A DNA stretch of 64,000 nucleotides from Candidatus Latescibacterota bacterium (GTDB taxonomy: Bacteria > Latescibacterota > UBA2968 > UBA8231). This document shows, in pieces, positions 47,675-57,758 of this stretch (the first letter of the stretch is position 1; every line of letters starts with the position of its first letter). The notes under the pieces are model-generated. The model ran no database searches, had not been told where the DNA came from, and saw only the letters and a list, made by a program, of their open reading frames with translations. The stretch lies in contig CBDCDC010000002.1 in NCBI GenBank assembly GCA_965215195.1, forward strand, positions 3,904,001 through 3,968,000, read 5' to 3'. The translations under genes and the position numbers were made by a program.

Positions 47675-48681
47675 CGCAGTGGTACCGGGGCACCCGCTTG
47701 GCGCAGGGACGCCTGCGCGGCCTCCAAGACGCGCACGACGCGCAGCCCGTCGCGGCCATCGCTGCGGGGTGCTTGGCCGGTGCGCACGCACTCGGCGAAG
47801 TGCTGGCATTCCAGCTTGAGCGGCTCGGCCATTTGCAGCCGCGGAATGACGACATCGCCAAAGCGCAGCGCGATGGAGTCGCCGTAAGAGTCGTATTGTG
47901 GCCGCTCGGCCGATTTGTCGTAGATGCGCACCTTTTCCGCGCTTTCCACATCGTCAAACACCGCCATCTTGCGGCTGCCGACCACAGTCAGGCGGCGGAT
48001 GCGGTGCGGGTCGAGCCACGAGACCTGCATCTGCGCCATCTTGCCGTCGGCAAAGTGTAAATTGGCAAAGACCACGTCTTCAATGCCGGGTTGCAGATAG
48101 CACTCGCCGCGAGCGCTGACCGCGTCCGGCTCTTGGCCGAGCAGGTACAGGATGACCGATATGTCGTGCGGTGCCAAGCTCCACAGGGCGTTTTCGTCGC
48201 GGCGGACAATGCCCAAGTTGACGCGCTGGGAGTACAAATAGTACAAGTCGCCCAGCGCGCCGTCCCGCACCAAACCATGCAGCATTTGCACGGCCGGGTG
48301 GTACTTCAGCAAGTGCCCGACCATCAGCACCCGGTCCCGCTCGGCAGCTAATTCGACCAAGTGGGCGGCCGTGGCGGCGTTGAGGGTCATGGGCTTTTCG
48401 ACGTACACGTGCTTGCCTCGCTCTAAGGCGCGGCGGGCCAATTCGTAGTGGTCGGCGGCCGGCACGGCCAATACTACGGCGTCGAGCGCGTCGTCGCCGA
48501 GCACCTCGTCGTAGCTAGCGGTGATTGGGACTTCCGGGTACTGGCACTGAATGGCGCGGCGAATTTCCGGGCTGGCGTCGCAAACTTGGCGCAAATGTAC
48601 GTCGGGCAAGTCGCGGAAGACGCGCACTAAGTTTTTGCCCCAATACCCAGCACCAACGCAGGCGATTTGGACGCGGCTCAT
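47671..48681 (-). CDS. Gfo/Idh/MocA family oxidoreductase
   Basis: VGAGYWG, HVYVEKP and LAPHD motifs. Confidence 0.93.
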   Translation of the reverse strand: MSRVQIACVGAGYWGKNLVRVFRDLPDVHLRQVCDASPEIRRAIQCQYPEVPITASYDEVLGDDALDAVVLAVPAADHYELARRALERGKHVYVEKPMTLNAATAAHLVELAAERDRVLMVGHLLKYHPAVQMLHGLVRDGALGDLYYLYSQRVNLGIVRRDENALWSLAPHDISVILYLLGQEPDAVSARGECYLQPGIEDVVFANLHFADGKMAQMQVSWLDPHRIRRLTVVGSRKMAVFDDVESAEKVRIYDKSAERPQYDSYGDSIALRFGDVVIPRLQMAEPLKLECQHFAECVRTGQAPRSDGRDGLRVVRVLEAAQASLRQAGAPVPLR

Positions 48682-49469
48682 GCGCACTCAAAATATGTGC
48701 CGATGGCGGCGGCTAGGTGCGCGAGGGCTTGGCTGCCCTCGGCATAGGGGTGCGTTTTTACGACCGGCTGGCCCGCGTCGGCTTGGCTGCGGATGACCGG
48801 GTCGAGCGGAATTTCACCCAGATAGGGAATGCCCAAGCGGCTGGCTGTGGCGCGGCCCCCTCCCGTTCCGAAGATGGGATCGGCATGGCCGCAGTGGTCG
48901 CAGCGGAAATAGCTCATGTTCTCGACCAAGCCGACGATGGGCACCTCGGTCTGGCGGAACATCTCGACGCCGCGGCGCACGTCTTCGAGGGCAATGGCCG
49001 AGGGCGTGGTGACGATCAAGGCCGCAGTCAAGGGTGCCACTTGGGTCAGGGTGATTTGTACGTCCCCGGTCCCGGGGGGCAGGTCTATGAGCAGCAGATC
49101 GAGCTCGCCCCAAGTGACGTTGAAGAGGAATTGTTGCATCATCTTGGCCAGCATGGGGCCGCGCCACACGACCGGGGTGCCCGGGCCGATTAGCAGCCCC
49201 ATGGAAATGGCTTTGAGGCCGTGGGCAGACAAGGGCTGGATGCGGCCATCCGTTGCGGTCGGCCGGCCCGCTAGGCCGAGCAGGCCCGGGATGTTGGGGC
49301 CGTAGATGTCGGCGTCGAGCAAGCCGACTTGTAGCCCTTGACGGGCCAAGCTCACGGCCAAGTTGGCGCAGAGCGTGGACTTGCCAACGCCGCCCTTGCC
49401 GCTGGCTATGGCCAATGTATCTTTAATGCCGGGAATGGGTTGGCGGTTGTGGGTTTGTGGGGCGTTCAC
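48678..49469 (-). CDS. mrp: Mrp/ApbC Fe-S cluster carrier ATPase
   Basis: SGKGGVGKST, DADIYGP, WRGPM, DLPPGTGD and ENMSYFRCDHC motifs. Confidence 0.93.
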   Translation of the reverse strand: MNAPQTHNRQPIPGIKDTLAIASGKGGVGKSTLCANLAVSLARQGLQVGLLDADIYGPNIPGLLGLAGRPTATDGRIQPLSAHGLKAISMGLLIGPGTPVVWRGPMLAKMMQQFLFNVTWGELDLLLIDLPPGTGDVQITLTQVAPLTAALIVTTPSAIALEDVRRGVEMFRQTEVPIVGLVENMSYFRCDHCGHADPIFGTGGGRATASRLGIPYLGEIPLDPVIRSQADAGQPVVKTHPYAEGSQALAHLAAAIGTYFECA

Positions 49470-49552
49470 CGGTGTTCCCGCTGCGCAGTGGAAAATTTGA
49501 AGTATAGACGAAAGACCTCCCCGCGGCAAGGGGAGAGACAAAGGAGACAACC

Positions 49553-50395
49553 ATGTATAGGGTCGCGCTTCTGGCGGTCGTTTTGGCCCCCTTGGGTTGC
49601 ACGAATGTCAACCAGATGCACAAGCTCTATCAGGAGGGAGATCACGCCCAGTTAGATCGGATTATGGAGATCGTCTCTCGCCAAGACTACCCCTATGCCA
49701 CGCGGCGCAAGGCCGCGCGCATTCTCGGCGAAATCGGCGACCCGCGCGCCGTACCGGTGCTGAAAATGGCGCTTCAAGACTACGACCAGCGCACCACGCT
49801 CAAGCAGGACGCGCTCCGCGCCTTGGGCACCATCGGCGACCAGAGCGCGGCCTTGGATATAGGGAGGCTGCTCAATTACTCGCTCAATACGGCCGACGCC
49901 GAGCTGCGGATGGCCGCCATTGAAGCGCTCGGGCAGATGGGGGGGACCAAGGCGGCTGAAATTTTGGTCAATGCCCTCGGCTACTACGACATACTCACCC
50001 TGCGCGCTGAGCAGCGAACCCGCCGGGGGGTGTTCACCGGCGAAGAGATCTCTCCCTACCCCTACGGACGGCTAGACCCCGACTCCACAGGCGGCCCGCG
50101 GCGCTATCCAAACGTGGGATTGGATCCCTTTGGGGAGGGGGGCCAGCCCCGGGTGAGCATGTTTGGCACGCCTATTGAGCCTACGCAGATGGAATACGAC
50201 CCCACGCCCGAGGAGCGCACCCTAACCCATCAGGCTATTACAGCGGTGGGGACGGACGCCATTCCGGTGATTGAAAACTACCTAGACAGCCTGCGCGTAA
50301 GCCCGACCTTGCGCAAGGAGCTACTGGCCATAATAGGCGAAATCAGCGGGGCTGCGCCGGCCGTAAAAGCCGATTCCACGGCCTCAGACCTGTGA
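49553..50395 (+). CDS. HEAT-repeat lipoprotein
   Basis: Lipobox LAPLGC. Repeats AARILGEIGD, ALRALGTIGD and AIEALGQMG. Confidence 0.8.
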   Translation: MYRVALLAVVLAPLGCTNVNQMHKLYQEGDHAQLDRIMEIVSRQDYPYATRRKAARILGEIGDPRAVPVLKMALQDYDQRTTLKQDALRALGTIGDQSAALDIGRLLNYSLNTADAELRMAAIEALGQMGGTKAAEILVNALGYYDILTLRAEQRTRRGVFTGEEISPYPYGRLDPDSTGGPRRYPNVGLDPFGEGGQPRVSMFGTPIEPTQMEYDPTPEERTLTHQAITAVGTDAIPVIENYLDSLRVSPTLRKELLAIIGEISGAAPAVKADSTASDL

Positions 50396-50396
50396 T

Positions 50397-50425
50397 TTGA
50401 CAAGGGTACACCCAGCGCATATAAT
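50397..50425 (+). promoter_or_regulatory. Perfect-consensus sigma70 promoter
   Basis: TTGACA (50397-50402), 17 nt spacer, TATAAT (50420-50425). Confidence 0.88.
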
Positions 50426-50554
50426 AGGACGATTCCATCCGAAAAATCACCTATATACGCGATAGACCCGCCCCGTTGAGGGCGGATGTGCGGACGCTTG
50501 GTTCGCCTGCTACCCCCGGCCGAAAGGCCAAGTAATTCGAGGTTTTCACCCATT

Positions 50555-51325
50555 ATGGAAAGCGATATCGGCCCGATCCTCGGCGATTGGAAATACGCCC
50601 CAGGCGAGTTGAGCGTGCGCAAGATACGAGGCGGCAATGGCAGCGCAAAGCTCCAAATCCGCATGGATCTGGGCTTGATGCAGCTAGAGTGGCGAGGCCG
50701 CCCCGACGCGCTCCGCCCGCACGGCTATGTGTCCCTGTTGGATTACTATTGCCAAAAGCGACGCGAATGGGAAAAAGCGCACGGCCCAGGCACCTTTAGC
50801 CTCTCGCACGAGGATTGTTCCGAGCTGGCCCAAGAAGCCATGAAATACTACTGGCGGCGGATCGGTTTTTTTGAACTAAAGGAATACGAGCGGGCCGAAG
50901 AGGATGCCATGCACAACCTCGCCATCCTCGACTTGTGCTACGAATACGCCGAAGAGGACGAAGACCGCCAGCTAGCCGAACAATACCGCGTCTTTGTCAC
51001 GGCGCATCGGGTGCAGGCGCGGGCCCTGGCCTGTCTAGAGACCGAAAACTACGCCGAGGCCCTAACCGAAATCCGCCGAGGCATCGCCGAGATCGAGGAA
51101 TTTCTCGCCAAAGTTGGTCAATTGGATCAGCTCGACGAGTGCCCCGAACTGCTCTTTTTGCGCGAGTGGGAAGGCGAGGTGGAGAGCACCCGGCCGCGCA
51201 CGCTGCGCGAGCGGCTGACGGCCGATTTACAGGCCGCGGTTGAGGCCGATCGATTCGAGTTGGCCGCTTCGCTCAGGGACCGCTTGCGCTCGCTCGAGAC
51301 CGAGCAAGCCGGCAGGGTGCCTTGA
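50555..51325 (+). CDS. Conserved protein with a C-terminal UvrB/UvrC (UVR) motif
   Basis: KLQIRMDLGLMQLEWRGRPD N-terminal domain, and LQAAVEADRFELAASLRDRLR UVR motif. Confidence 0.82.
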   Translation: MESDIGPILGDWKYAPGELSVRKIRGGNGSAKLQIRMDLGLMQLEWRGRPDALRPHGYVSLLDYYCQKRREWEKAHGPGTFSLSHEDCSELAQEAMKYYWRRIGFFELKEYERAEEDAMHNLAILDLCYEYAEEDEDRQLAEQYRVFVTAHRVQARALACLETENYAEALTEIRRGIAEIEEFLAKVGQLDQLDECPELLFLREWEGEVESTRPRTLRERLTADLQAAVEADRFELAASLRDRLRSLETEQAGRVP

Positions 51326-53088
51326 AAGAGTGCTTGCTGCCGAGGGGTGGGCCGAGGAGAGCTGTCTCTCGGCCCTTTTACTTTGCCCTGTTCGCACTGT
51401 TAAGTGCTTGTGGGCAAATGGCCCCCAAGACGACGCCCGATGTGCCAACGGTCCAGATCATCCAAGAACAGGTACCCGTAGTAGGCGACAACCTGCTCGA
51501 CTTGCAGTTGTTCAGGCCGGGTACTGGTTCGCGCCTGCTGACAGCTCGGCTGGAGTGGGAAACCCCTTCGGGCGAGCAGCGCGAGGTCGAGCATCGGTTG
51601 CAGGTGCCCCAAGGGCGTCTCGTGCGCTATGCGCTGCCGTATCGGTTGGAAGAGGCCGGCATGCACCGCGCGGCCCTGCGGCTGTACGATCCCGAGCGCG
51701 ACGCGCCCATCCATGCGGTCGAAGCGTTGCGCCTCTTTGCCCGGCCCGCTTGGGAGCTTTTGGGCGATCGCTCGTACTATACCGTAGAAAATGAGATTCG
51801 CTTCCGGCTGCGGCGCAATCGCCGCAGTGATATGGCCATCCCCGCGATAGTTGAGCTGCGGCGCGGCGTCGAAGTCTTGGATCGCGTGGATGTAAACATG
51901 GTCGGGCAGGAGGTCTCAGGGGCCTTTGCTGCATACGCCTTGCCCGAGGGGCGTTATTGGCTGGCGGCGCGGTGGCTGGATCCGGTCGGCGGTGCGGATT
52001 CGCTGGCTGTGGCCTGCGAGAAGTTCGCGCCGGCCGCACGAGAGGTAAAAATCGACCTGTTCAGTCAGTCCTTGCTCGTCGATGGCGAGCCGTTCTTTCC
52101 CATTGGGCTGTACTGGCTGCGGGCCGAGGACCTCGGCCCGATGCGGCGCCTGCACTTCAACACCGGGGATTACTTCTACAAGCTGCGCGGGGAAGAGGTC
52201 GCCTCGCTCATGGACGCGGCAGCCGTAGAGGGGATGCAGATACTCCTCGAGCTGACCGAGTACGCCCGGCGGCAACCTGAGCCGGATTATCGGGCCATTG
52301 CCGCCCTCGTTAAACGCTATCGCCGGCATCCGGCGCTCTTGGCGTGGTATCTAGTTGACGAGCCGGACGAGACCAAAATGGCCCCTGCGTCTGCCTTGGC
52401 GATATACGAGCTGATCCGGGAACTCGACCCGTATCACCCGGTCTATTTAGTCAACAACCGGCCGCACACATACGCCGCCTACTCGGACGCCAGCGATATT
52501 CTGGCCATAGACGTGTATCCGATCCCGAATTACCCCATCACCCAAGTGGGCGACTACATGCAGCAGGCGCGCTGGACCTCGCTGGAGCGAAAGCCAGTCT
52601 GGTTGGTCGCCCAGGCCTTTGGCGGCGTGGAACACTGGCCGCGCTCGCCGACCGCGAACGAGTTGCGGAACATGATCTACCAAGGGCTAGTTGGGGGGGC
52701 CAAGGGCGTGTTGTTTTACCGCTATTGCGAGGAGAACGAACGCCACATCCAGCCCCTCGCCCTGTGGCGAGAAGTGCAGCACCTCGCGGCCGAACTCGCC
52801 GAGTTAGGGCCAGTGCTCTTGCAGGAGGCACACGGCTTGGAGGCACAACCGGCCGGTATCGGGGTCGAAGTGGCGGTCAAAGAGTACAAACGCAATTTTT
52901 ACGTATTTGCCGCCAATGTCGCCGAAGAGCCGCGGCGGCTCGATTTGCGCCTAGCAGGCTTGCCGCCTATGGGGCGGGCCGAAGTGCTCTACGGGCAGGC
53001 GGTCCCGACGCTGGCCAACGGGCGGCTCGCCGCGGAGTTAGGGCCGCTGGGCACGGCGGTTTTTCGCTTGCAGACGGCGGGCATTTGA
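51322..53088 (+). CDS. Lipoprotein with a glycoside-hydrolase-like (clan GH-A TIM barrel) domain
   Basis: Lipobox LLSAC. VDGEPFFPIGLY, HPALLAWYLVDEP and DVYP motifs. Confidence 0.7.
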   Translation: MKECLLPRGGPRRAVSRPFYFALFALLSACGQMAPKTTPDVPTVQIIQEQVPVVGDNLLDLQLFRPGTGSRLLTARLEWETPSGEQREVEHRLQVPQGRLVRYALPYRLEEAGMHRAALRLYDPERDAPIHAVEALRLFARPAWELLGDRSYYTVENEIRFRLRRNRRSDMAIPAIVELRRGVEVLDRVDVNMVGQEVSGAFAAYALPEGRYWLAARWLDPVGGADSLAVACEKFAPAAREVKIDLFSQSLLVDGEPFFPIGLYWLRAEDLGPMRRLHFNTGDYFYKLRGEEVASLMDAAAVEGMQILLELTEYARRQPEPDYRAIAALVKRYRRHPALLAWYLVDEPDETKMAPASALAIYELIRELDPYHPVYLVNNRPHTYAAYSDASDILAIDVYPIPNYPITQVGDYMQQARWTSLERKPVWLVAQAFGGVEHWPRSPTANELRNMIYQGLVGGAKGVLFYRYCEENERHIQPLALWREVQHLAAELAELGPVLLQEAHGLEAQPAGIGVEVAVKEYKRNFYVFAANVAEEPRRLDLRLAGLPPMGRAEVLYGQAVPTLANGRLAAELGPLGTAVFRLQTAGI

Positions 53089-53134
53089 ACAGGTGATCTA
53101 CTAACTTTGGAGCCGGTTAAAGGAGAAGGGAACT

Positions 53135-53623
53135 ATGGGCAAAAAGGTGGCCCTCAACAAGCGAGATCGAGAGAGAATAAAGAAGAAGCTCTTGGTGCGT
53201 CGCGCTGAATTGCTCAGCGATCTAGACGGCACCGAGCACGAGATCGACGAACTGCAAGATCCCAAGGCCGACGACCTCGACCGAGCGGTCGAGGCCGGGG
53301 CCATGGAGCTTTTGGTGGCTTTGGGGGATACCGAGCGCCGCGAGCTGGAGGAGGTCGTGCTGGCACTCGAGAAGCTGGACACTACGACGTATGGCAAGTG
53401 CGAAGCCTGCCTCGAAAAGCCCTTAAACATGTGTCCTACCTGCCCGTTTATTCCCAAGCCGCGCTTGGAGGCCCTGCCCACGGCGCGGCTGTGCGTGTCC
53501 TGTCAGGAGGCCGAGGAGCAAAACCAGATTCCGTCCTATACCCGGCTGCGCCCGCGGCGGATGTTTGGCGAGGACATAGAAGAATTCTCGCATCCGCTGA
53601 TGAATTCAGAAGACGACAAATAG
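53135..53623 (+). CDS. dksA: DksA/TraR C4 zinc-finger family protein
   Basis: Coiled-coil tip DDLDRA (DxxDxA), and YGKCEAC...RLEALPTARLCVSC. Confidence 0.82.
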   Translation: MGKKVALNKRDRERIKKKLLVRRAELLSDLDGTEHEIDELQDPKADDLDRAVEAGAMELLVALGDTERRELEEVVLALEKLDTTTYGKCEACLEKPLNMCPTCPFIPKPRLEALPTARLCVSCQEAEEQNQIPSYTRLRPRRMFGEDIEEFSHPLMNSEDDK

Positions 53624-53653
53624 GCCCTTCGCGTATTCGAGCCGAGCAAGCTA

Positions 53654-53695
53654 AAGGGCGGCCTAAGGTTGTGTTGAGCAACTTGGGCCGCCCTT
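53654..53695. terminator. Hairpin between convergent genes (probable bidirectional terminator)
   Basis: aagggcggcc...gttg pairs with caac...ggccgccctt. Confidence 0.7.
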
Positions 53696-53701
53696 GTGTG
53701 T

Positions 53702-55177
53702 CTAAGGCGCTAGGTCTTCGAGTTTGGCCATGGTGGCGAGCCGTGCGTTTTTGAGCTGGCGCTGGTAGCCTATGACCGCGCCTAGGGCGTTGATCTGGGC
53801 CTGCGTCAAATTGCCTTGGGCTTGGAGCAATTGCTGGCTGTCGGCCAAGCCGAGTTCAAAGCGGCTCTGCTCGACGTCATAGGTGCGCTGAGCAAACTGG
53901 AGGGCGGCTTGGCGCAGGTCGATCTGGCGCTCGGCCTCGTGGACGCGGCGCGTGGCGTCGCGGATCTGCTGGATGATTTGGCGGCGCTGCTGCTCGCGGG
54001 TGAGGCGGCTTTGCTCCAAGGCAATGCGCGCTTGGCTGACGCTGGCGCGTCGCTGGCCGCTGTCGATCAGCGGCAGGGTTATCTGCAGGTCAACTCCCCA
54101 CCGATTGCGCTCGAAATTGTCGCTGACCTCGCCGAGTTCGCTGCCGCGCCCCTGCATGCTGACATTGGCACTGAAGGTCGCGTTAATGCCGTTGCGGCGG
54201 CGGGTATCTTCTAATTCCAACGCGCGGATTTCCTCGAAAATTTCGGCTCGTTTCATGTCGGTGCGGCGGGCCAAGCCGATTTCAAGGGCGCGTTGGGCAT
54301 CGATGGGGTGAATCTCGTACTGGACCTCGGTGTCGATTTCGAGCGGGGCCCACACATCGAGCCCGAGGGTTTCGCGGAGCAGGTCGCGGCGCGATTCGAT
54401 ATTGGTTTGGGCTTGGTCATACGTGGCCTCGGCCTGTAGCATTTCTACCTGTAGGCGCAGGGCTTCCACTTCGGCGATGAGGCCGACTTCAAACTTTCGT
54501 TGGGCCAACTCCAAGTTGGCGCGCGACTGGGTCAGGCGCTGTTCCTCTATTTCGAGCTCGCGGACGCTCTGCACCAAATTGTAGTAATCGTCGATGACTT
54601 GGCCTTCTAGCTGGAGCCGCTGGCGGTCGAAGTTGAGGCGTGCGCTTTGCAGGCCGTGCTCGGCGCGCTTGAGCGCGATTTCCTCGCTGGGCTGGCCGAG
54701 TAGATCGCGCTCGTAAGCAAGGCGCGTCGAACCCAAGTATTCGAGGAAGCTGATTGAGTTGGGGGTGTATCCGGCGTCCTGCAGCACGGCGCGGCGATCG
54801 GACGAGAAGTCTTTCCGCAGAGCCGTAGAGGTCAGGGTGAACTGGCCGAGGTAGCGCAGGCGCTGGGCCATGAACAGGTTGCCCGAGTAGGAGACATCGG
54901 TATTCTCGGTGCGGATTCGAGTATCGAGGGCGATGTTTTCTTGGGTATCGCGCAGCCCGGTGAAGTTGGGGGTGGTGAGGTTGGCGTTCACGTTGAAGCC
55001 AAAGGGTGCGCGCGCCATCGTCAGTTGAGCTTGGCTGCTGGCTAGGGTTTGTTGGTTTATTTGGTGTTGCAAGTTGTTTTGCATGGCCAAGTCGATGCAC
55101 TCTTGTAGCGAGAGGACATCGGCTGTGGAGCCGATGGAGGCGATTAGCAAACCGACTAGTGCCCATTGGTATTTCAT
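53702..55177 (-). CDS. TolC family outer-membrane efflux protein
   Basis: LSLQECIDLAMQNN, and two OEP repeats (KFEVGL, RFELGL). Confidence 0.9.
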   Translation of the reverse strand: MKYQWALVGLLIASIGSTADVLSLQECIDLAMQNNLQHQINQQTLASSQAQLTMARAPFGFNVNANLTTPNFTGLRDTQENIALDTRIRTENTDVSYSGNLFMAQRLRYLGQFTLTSTALRKDFSSDRRAVLQDAGYTPNSISFLEYLGSTRLAYERDLLGQPSEEIALKRAEHGLQSARLNFDRQRLQLEGQVIDDYYNLVQSVRELEIEEQRLTQSRANLELAQRKFEVGLIAEVEALRLQVEMLQAEATYDQAQTNIESRRDLLRETLGLDVWAPLEIDTEVQYEIHPIDAQRALEIGLARRTDMKRAEIFEEIRALELEDTRRRNGINATFSANVSMQGRGSELGEVSDNFERNRWGVDLQITLPLIDSGQRRASVSQARIALEQSRLTREQQRRQIIQQIRDATRRVHEAERQIDLRQAALQFAQRTYDVEQSRFELGLADSQQLLQAQGNLTQAQINALGAVIGYQRQLKNARLATMAKLEDLAP

Positions 55178-55327
55178 CGCAGAGTCCCTTCTCATTGGAT
55201 GGCGAGTGAGATGCAACGGTTTCCTGTGATTATACAGTACGCGTTTTACAACCGCCAACCTTTCGGCGGCGAGTTTTATATTTAATATTCATAGATTTAA
55301 GCCTATCACAAATAAGGGAGCGATACC

Positions 55328-56077
55328 ATGACCACCCTCACCGCGCAAGTGCTCGCATACGAAAAGTCCGCCGCCGACCTCGCGGTCAAAATTTTTGCCG
55401 ACGGGGCCGACCGCGAGAGCATGCTGGCGAGCTATGCCAACCCGCTAGTCTCCGGGTTTACGACCAATCCCACCTTGATGCGCCAAGCCGGCGTCACCGA
55501 CTACCGAACCTTTGCCCGCGACATCGTCGCAGCCATTCCCGATCGCCACATTTCTTTTGAGGTCTTTTCAGACGAGTTCGGCGACATGGAGTGCCAAGCC
55601 CGCGAGATCGCAACGTGGGGCGAAAACGTGTACGCCAAAATTCCCGTCAGCAACACCAAGGGCGAGGTCAGCTACGACTTGGTCCATCGGCTGTCGCAAG
55701 ACGGGGTCAAGGTAAATGTCACGGCGATCTTTCTGCTCGACCAAGTGCGAGAGGTGGCGGCCGCAGTTGAGGGCGGGGCACCGTGCTGCGCGTCGGTCTT
55801 TGCCGGCCGCATCGCCGACGCCGGACTAGACTACATGCCGGTCATGGCCGAGTCGGTTGAGCTGCTCGCATCCAACCCCCAAGCCGAACTCATCTGGGCC
55901 AGTCCCCGCGAAGTGTACAACGTCGTCCAAGCCGACAGCATTGGCTGCCACATCATCACCTGTACCAGCGACATCATCAAAAAGCTGCCGACCTTGGGCA
56001 AGGAGCTGGGGCAGTTCTCGCTAGAGACCGTACAGATCTTTTACGCAGACGCCACAGCGGCCGGCTACAGCCTGTAA
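55328..56077 (+). CDS. tal: Transaldolase
   Basis: IFADGAD, GFTTNPTLM, ISFEV, YAKIP, NVTAIF and SVFAGRIAD motifs. Confidence 0.92.
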   Translation: MTTLTAQVLAYEKSAADLAVKIFADGADRESMLASYANPLVSGFTTNPTLMRQAGVTDYRTFARDIVAAIPDRHISFEVFSDEFGDMECQAREIATWGENVYAKIPVSNTKGEVSYDLVHRLSQDGVKVNVTAIFLLDQVREVAAAVEGGAPCCASVFAGRIADAGLDYMPVMAESVELLASNPQAELIWASPREVYNVVQADSIGCHIITCTSDIIKKLPTLGKELGQFSLETVQIFYADATAAGYSL

Positions 56078-56086
56078 GCGCGGCCG

Positions 56087-56671
56087 ATGAGTTACACCCA
56101 CCAGTACTTGGCGACAGCGGCTCAGATCATTGAGCAGCTAGATCGCAATGCTATTGATGCGATGGTGCGGCTCGTCGTCGAGACTCGCGAGCGCGGGGGG
56201 CGGCTCTTTGTCCTCGGCGTGGGGGGCAGCGCGGGCAATGCGAGCCACGCGGTCAACGACTTTCGCAAGATCGCTGGCATTGAGTCGTACGCACCTACAG
56301 ACAATGTCTCGGAGCTGACGGCACGCATCAACGACGAGGGCTGGGACACAGCCTTTGCCAACTGGCTGGAGGGCAGCCGCTTAAACGAAAGGGATCTGAT
56401 CTTGATCTTGTCCGTCGGCGGCGGCAATCGCCCGCTGAACACTAGCGTCAACTTGGTTGCAGCACTGGAGTACGCCAAAGAGATCGGAGCCAAAATCTGC
56501 GGCATCGTGGGGCGGGATGGCGGCTTTACAGCCCAAGTCGCCGATGCCTGCGCGATTGTGCCGACGGTCGCCCCGGATGCGGTCACGCCGCTGACGGAAT
56601 CCTTCCAAGCCGTTATCTGGCATTTAATTGTCTCGCACCCCGAGGTACAAGTGGGGCGCACCAAGTGGTAG
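56087..56671 (+). CDS. gmhA: SIS-domain phosphoheptose isomerase-like protein
   Basis: GVGGSAGNASH, LTARINDEG and ESFQAVIWH motifs. Confidence 0.82.
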   Translation: MSYTHQYLATAAQIIEQLDRNAIDAMVRLVVETRERGGRLFVLGVGGSAGNASHAVNDFRKIAGIESYAPTDNVSELTARINDEGWDTAFANWLEGSRLNERDLILILSVGGGNRPLNTSVNLVAALEYAKEIGAKICGIVGRDGGFTAQVADACAIVPTVAPDAVTPLTESFQAVIWHLIVSHPEVQVGRTKW

Positions 56672-56705
56672 GTGCGCTTGCGCCATTCCCAACGAAAGGT
56701 TGAAC

Positions 56706-57758
56706 ATGTCTGCGGTCCCCCGAGACTTGCGCCAGTTTTTGCACCGCTGCATTCCAGAAGTGGAAGAGGAGATGTTCTCGTTCCTCGCAGTGCGCGAACC
56801 CGAGGCGTTTCTATATCGGCTGATGCGCGACTACCCGCAGCGCGGCGGCAAGCGATTCCGCCCGGCGCTGGTGCTCTTGGCTTGCCAAGCCTGCGGCGGC
56901 GACGCGAAGAAAGCCATGCGGACGGCGGTGGCCTTTGAGATGTTCCAGTCGTTTGCCGTGGTCCACGACGATATTGAAGACAATTCTGAGATGCGGCGCG
57001 GCAAGCCCTGTTTGCACAAGCTGCACGGGATCCCATTGAGTATCAACGTCGGCGATGCCCTGTACGCCAAGGTCTTTGAAATTCTCAGCGCGAATCGCGA
57101 GGTGTTGGGAGCGGACATCGCGCTCGATTTGATAGACGAGATGATCCGCGGTTCGTGCGAGACATTTGAGGGGCAAGCATACGACGTGGGCTGGATTCGC
57201 CAGCACTATATTCCCAGCGAGGACGAGTTTATGACCATGTTGCGCCAAAAGACTGGGTGGTACACGGGCCGGGGGCCGTGTACGGCTGGGGCGATTATCG
57301 CGGGGGCTGAGATGGAGTTGCGCACCCGTATCGGCGACTTCGGCGAGTCCATGGCCATTGCGTTCCAGCTCCGCGACGACCTGTTGAACTTGAGCTCTTC
57401 CGAACAAGACGCTGGTTCTGCGCCTAGGGTTACTTCCGGGGCCTACGGCAAGGAGCGGGGTGGGGATATTGCGGAAGGGAAGCGGACCTTAATCATCATT
57501 GACCTGCTGGACAAATGCACGGCGGCGGAGCGCGAGGAAGTGCTGGCGATTTTGCACCAAGAGCGGCAGCGCAATACGGCCGCCGAGATCGAGCGGGTCA
57601 TCGCCTTGGTTGAACACTACGAATGCGACCGCTACGTCGAGAGCGTGTGCCAACAGAAGGTCGCAGAGAGCTTGGCACACCTAGAGAAACTCCCGGCCAA
57701 CCCGGCTCGCGATATGCTGGGCGAAATGCTGGACTTTCTCGTCCGGCGCGCCTTTTAG
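56706..57758 (+). CDS. Polyprenyl diphosphate (GGPP-type) synthase
   Basis: GGKRFRP, HDDIEDNSEMRRG, GQAYD, KT, FQLRDD and DIAEGK motifs. Confidence 0.93.
   Translation: MSAVPRDLRQFLHRCIPEVEEEMFSFLAVREPEAFLYRLMRDYPQRGGKRFRPALVLLACQACGGDAKKAMRTAVAFEMFQSFAVVHDDIEDNSEMRRGKPCLHKLHGIPLSINVGDALYAKVFEILSANREVLGADIALDLIDEMIRGSCETFEGQAYDVGWIRQHYIPSEDEFMTMLRQKTGWYTGRGPCTAGAIIAGAEMELRTRIGDFGESMAIAFQLRDDLLNLSSSEQDAGSAPRVTSGAYGKERGGDIAEGKRTLIIIDLLDKCTAAEREEVLAILHQERQRNTAAEIERVIALVEHYECDRYVESVCQQKVAESLAHLEKLPANPARDMLGEMLDFLVRRAF

Noticed and set aside
50500-50540. Hammerhead ribozyme or tRNA fragment around GGCCGAAAGGCC
   Set aside because: There is no CUGANGA/GAAA core flanking the stem and no cloverleaf.
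56669-56671. TAG readthrough or recoding at the end of gmhA
   Set aside because: The SIS domain is complete at this stop, and no recoding signal or machinery is visible.
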